Positions 1 through 6,897 of a stretch of 35,124 nt of DNA are shown here, piece after piece. Numbering within the stretch: position 1 is the first letter of the stretch; each line of letters begins with the position of its first letter. This DNA comes from a virus (lineage: Duplodnaviria; Caudoviricetes), in IMG/VR virus record IMGVR_UViG_3300023284_000556, positions 1 through 35,124 of that record, one strand, 5' to 3'. The notes under the pieces are model-generated. The model was given only the letters and a program-made list of their open reading frames with translations, searched no databases and had not been told where the DNA came from. A program made the position numbers and the translations under genes.

Positions 1-2
1 CT

Positions 3-125
3 GCTTATAGCTTTTATAATACTCCTGACAATACTACAAATACTAATGTTGCTGCTAATATTGCTGATGTTGCTAAGGAAATACAAGCAAAGAAGTTTAT
101 AGAACTTATTGAATCTACAAATTAA
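3..125 (+). CDS. 3' end of a hypothetical protein (truncated by window start)
   Basis: Open frame from base 3: AYSFYNTPDNTTNTNVAANIADVAKEIQAKKFIELIESTN-TAA. The stop overlaps the AAGGA RBS of the next gene. Confidence 0.6.
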   Translation, partial: AYSFYNTPDNTTNTNVAANIADVAKEIQAKKFIELIESTN

Positions 126-136
126 GGAAAAGAATA

Positions 137-472
137 ATGAGTGATAAACAAAAAGAAATAAACGCATGTAAAGCTATAGAATCACTATTAGATAGTGAAT
201 TGGGAGAGTATGGTTTTACATTCAAAATAACTGATTGTGAAATATCAAGTGAAGATAATGCGCATATAGATGTTGACATTATTCAAAATCAAGAATGTAT
301 CACATATATGAATTTCAAGGTTGAGAATATTTTTGATTGTCCCATAAACGATGAAGATGAACTAACAAACATGAAAACTTTTGTTGAAATTGGAGAGGAC
401 TGTTATGAAGAAATAGCAACATACGATTGGACAATAAAATATTTATATATTGCGTTTATGAAATTTCCTTAA
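137..472 (+). CDS. Acidic hypothetical protein
   Basis: 111-aa ORF with AAGGA RBS; no family recognised. Confidence 0.75.
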   Translation: MSDKQKEINACKAIESLLDSELGEYGFTFKITDCEISSEDNAHIDVDIIQNQECITYMNFKVENIFDCPINDEDELTNMKTFVEIGEDCYEEIATYDWTIKYLYIAFMKFP

Positions 473-491
473 AAACAACAGAAATGCAATT

Positions 492-567
492 GCCCCCATA
501 GTTTAGTGGTTAGAACAACGGGTTTTCAGTCCGTGAAGCGAGGGTTCAATTCCCCGTGGGGGCACCA
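492..567 (+). tRNA. tRNA-Glu (anticodon UUC) with encoded CCA
   Basis: Acceptor stem GCCCCCA/TGGGGGC, D arm GTTT-AGTGGTTA-GAAC, anticodon arm ACGGG-TTTTCAG-TCCGT, T loop TTCAATT, discriminator A564, CCA at 565-567. Confidence 0.95.
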
Positions 568-591
568 ATTATTAAATTAAAGAGATAAATT

Positions 592-837
592 ATGCAATGG
601 AACTGTGACGAGTTTGATCTAGACGATAAGCTATATGAAATTGATAAACGTTTTGATGATGAAATATGGCTAAATTCATAAGGCAATGAGATAAAAATAA
701 GTGAAATGGAAGATAATCATTTATCAAATGTCATAAAATGGATTGAAAATAATGATTGTTATCGTGGTGACGAATGGATTGAACTTTTTGAAGAAGAACA
801 AGATAGACGCAATAGCAATATGTTTGAAAAAATTTGA
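592..837 (+). pseudogene. Small phage protein interrupted by an in-frame TAA at 679-681
   Basis: Reads MQWNCDEF...EIWLNS*GNEIKISEMEDNHLSNVIKWIE...EEEQDRR...EKI. The W-x4-G-x2-I-x-I-x-EM-x-D-x-HL-x-N pattern, which I recall from small phage proteins, spans the stop. Confidence 0.6.
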
Positions 838-849
838 AAAAATTTGAAA
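823..849. repeat. 10-bp tandem repeat TTTGAAAAAA x ~2.7 (phased A-tracts, UP-element-like)
   Basis: tttgaaaaaa tttgaaaaaa tttgaaa lies just upstream of the -35 box at 856. Confidence 0.75.
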
Positions 850-850
850 T

Positions 851-884
851 TATATTTGACACATAATAAAATATAATTTATTAT
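851..884 (+). promoter_or_regulatory. Sigma70-type promoter, copy 1 of a conserved promoter/operator box
   Basis: TTGACA (856-861), 17-nt spacer, TATTAT (879-884). Shares TATA(T/G)TTGACACATA(A/G)TAAAATATA with the copies at 4676 and 8566. Confidence 0.85.
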
Positions 885-896
885 AAATTATAATAT

Positions 897-951
897 TAAA
901 ATCTAAAATCTAAAATCTAAAATCTAAAATCTAAAATCTAAAATCTAAAAT
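897..951 (+). repeat. Heptamer tandem repeat (TAAAATC)7 plus a partial eighth copy in the SSB leader
   Basis: Perfect copies start at 897, 904, 911, 918, 925, 932 and 939; TAAAAT at 946-951 runs directly into the GGAG RBS. Confidence 0.97.
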
Positions 952-963
952 GGAGAATATACA

Positions 964-1530
964 ATGTCTAAAGTTAAAATACAATTAACAAATGTCCGTA
1001 TATCTTATCCTTCTTTATTTAAAAGGTCTGTATATAAAGGAAAAGAAGGAAAATATGAAGCAACATTTTTAATCCCTAAAACCAATGCAAAAATAAAAAA
1101 GAAAATTGATAAAATAATTGCTGACACATTAGCTGAAGCAAAAGTCAAAAAAGTATCTAGTGATAATAATTGTTTTAAAGATGGAGATTGTGCGGAAACT
1201 TCTAAAGGTGAACCATACGACGGGTATAAAGGACACTGGACACTTAAAGCCAAGAATAATAACTCCCCTGTAGTTATAAATCGTGATAAATCCACTATTA
1301 TTCAAGGTGACAGAAAAATCTATTCTGGTTGTTATGTTAATGCTATTGTGGATATCTGGATTTCAAATGCTGACTACGGTAAACGATTTGTATGTGCGAA
1401 CTTACATGGTGTCCAATTTTTTGAAGACGGTGAACCACTTGGATCAGGTAATATTGATATCGATGATGTCATTGATGATTTTGATGATCTGGATGATGAT
1501 ATCGAAGATGACGAGGATGATGATTTATAG
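964..1530 (+). CDS. Phage ssDNA-binding protein (DUF2815 / T7 gp2.5-like)
   Basis: Motifs NVRISYPSLF, KYEATFLIPK, IYSGCYVNAIVDIW and ANLHGVQFFEDGEPL, plus a strongly acidic C-terminal tail. Confidence 0.9.
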   Translation: MSKVKIQLTNVRISYPSLFKRSVYKGKEGKYEATFLIPKTNAKIKKKIDKIIADTLAEAKVKKVSSDNNCFKDGDCAETSKGEPYDGYKGHWTLKAKNNNSPVVINRDKSTIIQGDRKIYSGCYVNAIVDIWISNADYGKRFVCANLHGVQFFEDGEPLGSGNIDIDDVIDDFDDLDDDIEDDEDDDL

Positions 1531-1543
1531 TATCTTATTAATC

Positions 1544-1567
1544 GGGCTGTTTATATTTAAGCAGCCC
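1544..1567. terminator. Stem-loop after the SSB gene (possible terminator or RNA stability element)
   Basis: GGGCTGTTTA-TATT-TAAGCAGCCC forms a 10-bp stem with one G:U pair; there is no good U-tract. Confidence 0.5.
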
Positions 1568-1585
1568 TAAATAATGGAGACTAAA

Positions 1586-1756
1586 ATGTCTGATACTTAT
1601 TCAATAGAAGTTTCCAACGAAGGCTATAGATACATTAACAAAATAACCCATAAAGAATCTATATTATATAAAGAAAACTACGATATAGTTTGGGATATCT
1701 ACCTAAATTTTCATGAAATGTTTGACAAATTTTGTAAGGCAATGATGAAATATTAG
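1586..1756 (+). CDS. Small hypothetical protein
   Basis: Track ORF 1574-1756; the GGAG RBS fits the ATG at 1586 better. Confidence 0.6.
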   Translation: MSDTYSIEVSNEGYRYINKITHKESILYKENYDIVWDIYLNFHEMFDKFCKAMMKY

Positions 1757-1766
1757 GAATTTAATC

Positions 1767-1910
1767 GTGAAAAAATCTACGATTATTCTATTTCTAATTT
1801 TAATTTGTATACTAATTGCTGTAGGTTTAAATGGCAAATTCCTAATCGACTGTCAAATGCTTGGAAACACTGAACAAATTTGCTATGAAACTTTACATGG
1901 ACGTATATAA
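1767..1910 (+). CDS. 47-aa single-pass membrane/exported protein (not in ORF track)
   Basis: GTG start with AGGA RBS; MKKSTIILFLILICILIAVGLNGKFLIDCQMLGNTEQICYETLHGRI; the TAA overlaps the next ATG (TAATG). Confidence 0.65.
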   Translation: MKKSTIILFLILICILIAVGLNGKFLIDCQMLGNTEQICYETLHGRI

Positions 1911-2290
1911 TGATTAAAGAATCCACATTATTTTTTGCTACAATAATATTACTTATTGTAGTAATAATGTCTTTTGGCATTAATTCACATGCCAAAAGAT
2001 TGCACAAAGAAAGTTATTACCAAGATAAGGGATGTAAAGGACAAGTCGAATCTATTCTTGAAGATTATACCAGAATTGATTGTTTAACAGAGACCCACGC
2101 AATTGAGTATGATTTTGCTAATAAATGGGCTGAAGCTATTGGTCAATCATTACATTACGGCAGAATGAGCAATAGAAAACCAGGGATTGTTTTAATAATG
2201 GAAAAAGAAACCGATAATAAATATTATAAACGATTGATAGATAACATCAATTATTACGATTTACCAATAAAAGTATGGAAACAAAATTAA
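1910..2290 (+). CDS. Signal-peptide/TM-anchored protein with a PD-(D/E)XK nuclease-like domain
   Basis: Hydrophobic N-terminus ending SHA; core E...RIDCLTETHAIEYDF...WAEAIGQSLHY...PGIVLI. Confidence 0.6.
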   Translation: MIKESTLFFATIILLIVVIMSFGINSHAKRLHKESYYQDKGCKGQVESILEDYTRIDCLTETHAIEYDFANKWAEAIGQSLHYGRMSNRKPGIVLIMEKETDNKYYKRLIDNINYYDLPIKVWKQN

Positions 2291-2313
2291 ATATTGCTTA
2301 TCAGGTCTAAAAA

Positions 2314-4110
2314 ATGAAACAACTTGTTGTAGTGGACTGTGAAGTATACCCCAATTATTTCCTAGCTGCATTTAAGAACATTAGAAATAACAAGATTGTA
2401 ACAATAGAAGCTAAAGGGAAAGACAACTCATTAGATGATGTATCGTGTCGTAAGTTAAAATCTACAATGTTTAAATACAAAACCTTTGGCTTCAACAGTC
2501 GTAATTATGACTTGCCGGTAATGTTATATGCAATAAAAAATAAGACATGTTCCCAAATTCATGAATTATCAGATTATATAATTAATGAAAAGTCCCAAGG
2601 TTGGCAGACTATGAGAAAATATAGTCTTTCCAAATCAGAACATATAGATCATTTCGACATACAAGAGCCAGCACCAGGGGTTAGAGTTAGTTTAAAGCTG
2701 TATGGTGGTAGGATGCACTCCAAGCGTCTACAGGACTTGCCCATAGAGCCTGGCACTATGTTATCTAACGATGAAATGGAAACAACCAGACTGTATTGTA
2801 TAAACGATTTGAATACTACAATTGATTTATATAATCAGATTGAAGACCGTTTACACCTCCGTGCTGAAATGGGACAACAATATAACAAGGATTTAATGTC
2901 AAAATCTGACGCACAAATAGCGGAAATAATCATTAAATCTGAATTACATAAAAGAAAGCCATTTAAAAAATTATACGCACCAAAAATACCTGAAGGAAAA
3001 ACTTTTCGGTATGAAATTCCTGATTTTATATCTTTCAAATCAGAAAAATTACAAGGATTAGTAGACATACTTCAAAACCACGATTTTGAATTAGATGAGA
3101 AGGGTTATGTAATACCTCCTGATGAATTTAAAAAAATGAAGATAAATATAGGATATTCAAATTACAAATTCGGTATAGGTGGTCTCCATTCTAAAGAAAA
3201 AAAACAATCTATTATACCTACTAAACACCAGCTATTAATCGATAGGGATATATCGGCCTGTTATCCTAATGTTATTTTGAATATGAGATTGTACCCACAA
3301 CATATAGGTTCTGATTTTTTAGATATTTATCAAAATATAGTTACAACCAGATTAAAAGCTAAAAAATCTGGAAATAAAATAGTTAATGAATCCTTAAAGA
3401 TTGTCATAAACGGATCGTATGGGAAGCTTGGTAGCAAATGGTCTATTTTATATTCACCTGATTTAATGGTTACAGTAACTCTTACAGGTCAACTTTCCGT
3501 ATTAATGCTTATTGAAAAATTGGAAGATGCGGGAATAAGTGTTATTTCAGCAAATACCGACGGTTTTGTGTCATTAATGACAAAAGATAAATACGAATTA
3601 TACGACAATATCTGTTTTGATTGGGAGCTTACAACAGGATGTAATTTAGAAGAAACAGGATATAAAGCTTTATATTCCAGGGATGTTAATAATTATTTAG
3701 CTATTACAAATTATGGATCAAAAGGTGTAGGTATTTTTAAAGATAGTGGATTGACGAAAAGTCCACAAGCGTATGTTTGTGCGATTGCTGTAAAAAATTT
3801 ACTCGTTAAAGGAATACCGATTAAAAAGACTATTATAGAATGTAAAGATATCACTAAATTTTTAACCATAAGGACTGTTAAAGGTGGAGCTGTATGGAAA
3901 GACAAATATTTAGGAAAAGTTGTAAGGTGGATTTATTCAACTGAAGGTGAAGCTATTGTTTACAAGAAAAATGGTAATAAAGTTGCAAAATCTGACGGTG
4001 CAAGACCTGTTATGGAATTGGGGAAATTCCCTGAAGATTTAGACTATGACAGATATATTGAAGAATCAAAAAAAATATTGGATAGTTTAGGATTAGATCG
4101 TGACCAATAA
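2314..4110 (+). CDS. Phage family B DNA polymerase with 3'-5' exonuclease domain
   Basis: Exo motifs DCE, FNSRNYD and YCIND; polymerase motifs DISACYP, KIVINGSYGKLG, ANTDG and RDVNNY. Confidence 0.92.
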   Translation: MKQLVVVDCEVYPNYFLAAFKNIRNNKIVTIEAKGKDNSLDDVSCRKLKSTMFKYKTFGFNSRNYDLPVMLYAIKNKTCSQIHELSDYIINEKSQGWQTMRKYSLSKSEHIDHFDIQEPAPGVRVSLKLYGGRMHSKRLQDLPIEPGTMLSNDEMETTRLYCINDLNTTIDLYNQIEDRLHLRAEMGQQYNKDLMSKSDAQIAEIIIKSELHKRKPFKKLYAPKIPEGKTFRYEIPDFISFKSEKLQGLVDILQNHDFELDEKGYVIPPDEFKKMKINIGYSNYKFGIGGLHSKEKKQSIIPTKHQLLIDRDISACYPNVILNMRLYPQHIGSDFLDIYQNIVTTRLKAKKSGNKIVNESLKIVINGSYGKLGSKWSILYSPDLMVTVTLTGQLSVLMLIEKLEDAGISVISANTDGFVSLMTKDKYELYDNICFDWELTTGCNLEETGYKALYSRDVNNYLAITNYGSKGVGIFKDSGLTKSPQAYVCAIAVKNLLVKGIPIKKTIIECKDITKFLTIRTVKGGAVWKDKYLGKVVRWIYSTEGEAIVYKKNGNKVAKSDGARPVMELGKFPEDLDYDRYIEESKKILDSLGLDRDQ

Positions 4111-4384
4111 TATTGACAAAACCTTAAAAGACCGTGCGCCTAAATATGGCTCTATGCTTGACAATTCTGTTATTACTCAAAATCTTTTAAAAGTAATACA
4201 TGAAAATGCAAAGAATGCAGATAAACTAACTGAGACCCATTGGGAAGTATTACATATGATATTCCTTAAAATTGCCAGAATGGTATCAGGTGATCCGTTT
4301 TATGTTGATAATGCTCATGATATTGCTGGTTATGCGCAATTGTTAGAAGAGTATTTAATTAATTTGAATAAAAAACAGTCATAA
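4100..4384 (+). CDS. DUF6378-like small alpha-helical protein
   Basis: Pattern R-x3-YG ... KIARMVSGDPFYVDNAHDIAGYAQL; GTG start overlaps the polymerase 3' end. Confidence 0.75.
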   Translation: MTNNIDKTLKDRAPKYGSMLDNSVITQNLLKVIHENAKNADKLTETHWEVLHMIFLKIARMVSGDPFYVDNAHDIAGYAQLLEEYLINLNKKQS

Positions 4385-4391
4385 TCAACAT

Positions 4392-4691
4392 ATGAAAGAA
4401 TCAAAGATCGAATACAAAGTTTGTCAATATGCAAGATCAAAAGACTGGCTTGCCTACAAATTCACATCACCATCAAACAGAGGCGTACCGGATAGAATAT
4501 TTATCCGATATGGCACTATATTCTTTGTTGAGTTCAAATCTACAAGCGGTGTGTTGAATAAACTTCAAATGGCTATAATCAAAAGATTAAAAAAACATTT
4601 ATTTAATGTTTATGTCATTGATTCTATTGAACAAGGTATAGAATTAATAGATTTTTATGAAAAAAAAGTGAGAAATATATTTGACACATAG
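4392..4691 (+). CDS. VRR-NUC domain nuclease
   Basis: ESKIE...KFTSPSNRGVPDRIF...FFVEFKS...LNKLQ. Confidence 0.92.
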   Translation: MKESKIEYKVCQYARSKDWLAYKFTSPSNRGVPDRIFIRYGTIFFVEFKSTSGVLNKLQMAIIKRLKKHLFNVYVIDSIEQGIELIDFYEKKVRNIFDT

Positions 4692-4709
4692 TAAAATATA
4701 TTTTATACT
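4676..4709 (+). promoter_or_regulatory. Sigma70-type promoter, copy 2
   Basis: TTGACA (4681-4686), 17-nt spacer, TATACT (4704-4709); overlaps the last codons of VRR-NUC. Confidence 0.9.
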
Positions 4710-4753
4710 CTTAATTATTATAAACAATTTATTTTAATTTAGAGGAGAAAACA

Positions 4754-5005
4754 ATTAAATATTACAGACACTACAAAAACGGTGATTTTAGCGAATGGAA
4801 AGACGATTGCGTCTCTTTGACTGAAAAATTACCTTATCACCGCAAAGCCAAGGAGGCTATGACCGTATTACATAAGTTCTATCATGAATGGTATAAACTA
4901 GAGGATATGGGGCTATTCCCTCATAACCTGAAACAAATAATACTAAACAAATTTTTTGTAATACATCAACGCCGTGGGTATCAAATTCACGAACTTAAAT
5001 TATAA
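4754..5005 (+). CDS. Hypothetical protein, probably starting at a non-canonical ATT
   Basis: GAGGAG RBS, then 6 nt, then ATT in frame with track ORF 4817-5005; reads (M)KYYRHYKNGDFSEW... Confidence 0.55.
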   Translation: MKYYRHYKNGDFSEWKDDCVSLTEKLPYHRKAKEAMTVLHKFYHEWYKLEDMGLFPHNLKQIILNKFFVIHQRRGYQIHELKL

Positions 5006-5052
5006 AGGTGTCGAATTCGACAGGTTTAAAATTAAAACGGAGATTGAAGAGT

Positions 5053-5484
5053 ATGCCAGAAAGAACCACAGAAGAACTACTCAAGGATGCGGAGGGAAGG
5101 ATCAGACGGTTAGGGCGTTTATTAGAAAAAAGCAACGAGTTTAGGAAGTCATCTGATAAGCAGGTGTATGAATTAGCGGAGGAGTTAAGGGTTCGCATAG
5201 AAAAAGACTTAACCCTTGATAGTGAAATCACCATGAACGCGTTATTAACAAAGGAAAACCAAGAGCTAGACGCCAAGCTGAAAGAGAAGCAATGGCAACC
5301 TATATCAACGGCCCCGAGGAGCGAAATGTTCATATACAGAGCAAAGAAGAATAAAATAGGGTTAGCTTACAATACGGTAAGTAATACCCAACGTGAGATA
5401 TATGGGGAGGATATTACAGGTGTTAACGGAGCTACCCACTGGATGCCCATACCACAACCGCCAATTGAGGAGAAAAAGCAGTGA
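5053..5484 (+). CDS. Mosaic accessory protein with C-terminal DUF551-like domain
   Basis: Start MPERTTEELLKDA chosen by analogy to the ORF at 5925; C-terminus WQPISTAP...ATHWMPIPQPP. Confidence 0.75.
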   Translation: MPERTTEELLKDAEGRIRRLGRLLEKSNEFRKSSDKQVYELAEELRVRIEKDLTLDSEITMNALLTKENQELDAKLKEKQWQPISTAPRSEMFIYRAKKNKIGLAYNTVSNTQREIYGEDITGVNGATHWMPIPQPPIEEKKQ

Positions 5485-5897
5485 CTAGATTTAAAGCTGA
5501 ACATGGAATGTTATATAAAGAGGATTATAAAAATGGTTAGTGAACTTGAAATAGAAGCTGCCGTATGTGGTTACAACGATAAACTTAAAGACATATTCCC
5601 AAACGGTGAGGTCAAATATTGCCATGCCCCACTAATTAAAGCCGCTCTTGAAGCTGCTGAAAAAATAAGAGAGGAATGGCAACCGATAAATACAACTCCA
5701 AAGAAAGGACCGTTTCTTGCCTGGTGTAAATGGCATATGAGCCCAATTGGTAAAAATAAGGAATCTGGCGCCACTCTCTATACAACAGATTGGCAAGTAA
5801 GACGTTGTTGGAGTTGTGTGGGAGGTCGGTTGGCTGGAGGTGGAAACGACCGATATATTGTAGATTCTGTTGAAGCTACCCACTGGATGCCCATACC
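5430..5897 (+). repeat. Dispersed 24-bp perfect direct repeat (5430-5453 and 5874-5897)
   Basis: AGCTACCCACTGGATGCCCATACC encodes ATHWMPIP. Confidence 0.95.
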
Positions 5898-5928
5898 CAC
5901 TCCACCTAAAAAAGAGGATAAAATATGA
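5533..5928 (+). CDS. Mosaic accessory protein with C-terminal DUF551-like domain
   Basis: ELEIEAA...IKAALEAAE followed by WQPINTTPK...ATHWMPIPTPP; the GAGGA RBS fits the ATG at 5533. Confidence 0.75.
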   Translation: MVSELEIEAAVCGYNDKLKDIFPNGEVKYCHAPLIKAALEAAEKIREEWQPINTTPKKGPFLAWCKWHMSPIGKNKESGATLYTTDWQVRRCWSCVGGRLAGGGNDRYIVDSVEATHWMPIPTPPKKEDKI

Positions 5929-6302
5929 CAGGCAGAACCACAGAAGAACTACTCAAGGATGCAGATGAAGTTGCAGGAACGTGGGAACTACCACAGCATT
6001 ATGATGCTGTAGATTCGTTAAGAATGGAGCAAATCAACGTATTAGTGCAACTAATCGCAGAGCTAGCCGCCAAGCTGAAAGAGAGGGAGGAATCAGTAAC
6101 TATCCTACATGATAGAGAAGATGAACTTCAAGACTGGTTGGGTGAGTATGAAATCAAATTAGGACTTCTTCAGATTCAATATGAACATTTGACCGATAAA
6201 GAGTTAGATAAGCATGAATGGAAAGCGCAACATAAAGAGTGGCACAAGCAAGCAGACTCCGTCGAAGGTCTTCAATTAACCCCACCCAAGAAGGAGTCCT
6301 GA
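5925..6302 (+). CDS. Mosaic coiled-coil accessory protein
   Basis: ATGA overlap with the upstream gene; shares RTTEELLKDA and ELAAKLKE with the 5053 ORF; ends TPPKKES. Confidence 0.75.
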   Translation: MTGRTTEELLKDADEVAGTWELPQHYDAVDSLRMEQINVLVQLIAELAAKLKEREESVTILHDREDELQDWLGEYEIKLGLLQIQYEHLTDKELDKHEWKAQHKEWHKQADSVEGLQLTPPKKES

Positions 6303-6304
6303 TT

Positions 6305-6700
6305 ATGAGAATTTTTGTAACTGACAACGATGCAAAGAGAAAGCATCAATCGCAAGAAATATGGGTAGAAGGGGGAGAAGACCCCGAGTATAGGTTCTAT
6401 GGGGAAAACCTAGCAGAGGCTCTAGAAGGCATCCGAGAGAAAATAAAAAAGGACATAGAAAGTTTGCAAAAACTACTAGAGACTGACATTAGTTACGCAA
6501 TCTTCAAGGATAACAAACAAATAAGTGGGTCATTTAAGACCCATAAAGAAGCATTAGACAGTCTGTCAAAGGGCACTACTTCACGTGAGACTGTAAATGG
6601 AAAGTGTATGAGGTGCGGATATGACCCTCGATATAGCCATGAATGCTATTGTGACGTTGTGGAAATTGGAATTATACTTACCCCACCTAAAAAAGGTTAA
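6305..6700 (+). CDS. Hypothetical protein with a C-terminal Cys cluster (possible Zn ribbon)
   Basis: AAGGAG RBS fits the ATG at 6305; CMRC...ECYC; ends TPPKKG. Confidence 0.7.
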   Translation: MRIFVTDNDAKRKHQSQEIWVEGGEDPEYRFYGENLAEALEGIREKIKKDIESLQKLLETDISYAIFKDNKQISGSFKTHKEALDSLSKGTTSRETVNGKCMRCGYDPRYSHECYCDVVEIGIILTPPKKG

Positions 6701-6704
6701 TAAA

Positions 6705-6893
6705 ATGAAAACGTATCAAATACATGTCCTAAATACCCCACCTAATTATATGATAAAATTGAAACTTGATTCTGTAACAACTGAAATAGTAACAACAGAA
6801 GCGAAAAATAAAAAACAAGCTCTTAAATATTTTATATCTCTTGGTATTGATTGTTGTATTGAATCAATAGAAAATATTACAATAAAGGAATAA
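6705..6893 (+). CDS. Small hypothetical protein
   Basis: AAGG RBS fits the ATG at 6705 inside track ORF 6621-6893. Confidence 0.6.
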   Translation: MKTYQIHVLNTPPNYMIKLKLDSVTTEIVTTEAKNKKQALKYFISLGIDCCIESIENITIKE

Positions 6894-6897
6894 ATCA

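Larger units (their letters stand above)
5062..5962 (+). repeat. Dispersed 29-bp perfect direct repeat (5062-5090 and 5934-5962)
   Basis: AGAACCACAGAAGAACTACTCAAGGATGC encodes RTTEELLKDA in both ORFs. Confidence 0.95.
5262..6084 (+). repeat. Dispersed 26-bp direct repeat with 1 mismatch (5262-5287 and 6059-6084)
   Basis: AGAGCTAG(A/C)CGCCAAGCTGAAAGAGA encodes EL(D/A)AKLKE. Confidence 0.93.

Noticed and set aside
492-567. tRNA as a prophage attachment site or host boundary
   Set aside because: Phage-like ORFs lie on both sides, no duplicated tRNA 3' end was seen, and there is no integrase in the window.
679-681. Stop-codon reassignment (alternative genetic code), or suppression by the neighbouring tRNA
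   Set aside because: TAA, TAG and TGA all end well-supported genes, the large genes are intact under code 11, and the tRNA anticodon is UUC rather than a suppressor.
897-951. Heptamer array as a CRISPR array
   Set aside because: The units are contiguous 7-mers with no spacers, and there are no cas genes.
5481-5540. 19-codon mini-ORF (GTG...TAG, MTRFKAEHGMLYKEDYKNG) with a GAGGAG RBS
   Set aside because: Too short to support; it may only be a translational-coupling remnant.
5062-6084. 24-29-bp dispersed repeats as a mini-CRISPR or as DGR template/variable repeats
   Set aside because: Each occurs only twice, in frame inside ORFs and at irregular spacing; there is no run of adenine-specific mismatches and no reverse transcriptase in the window.
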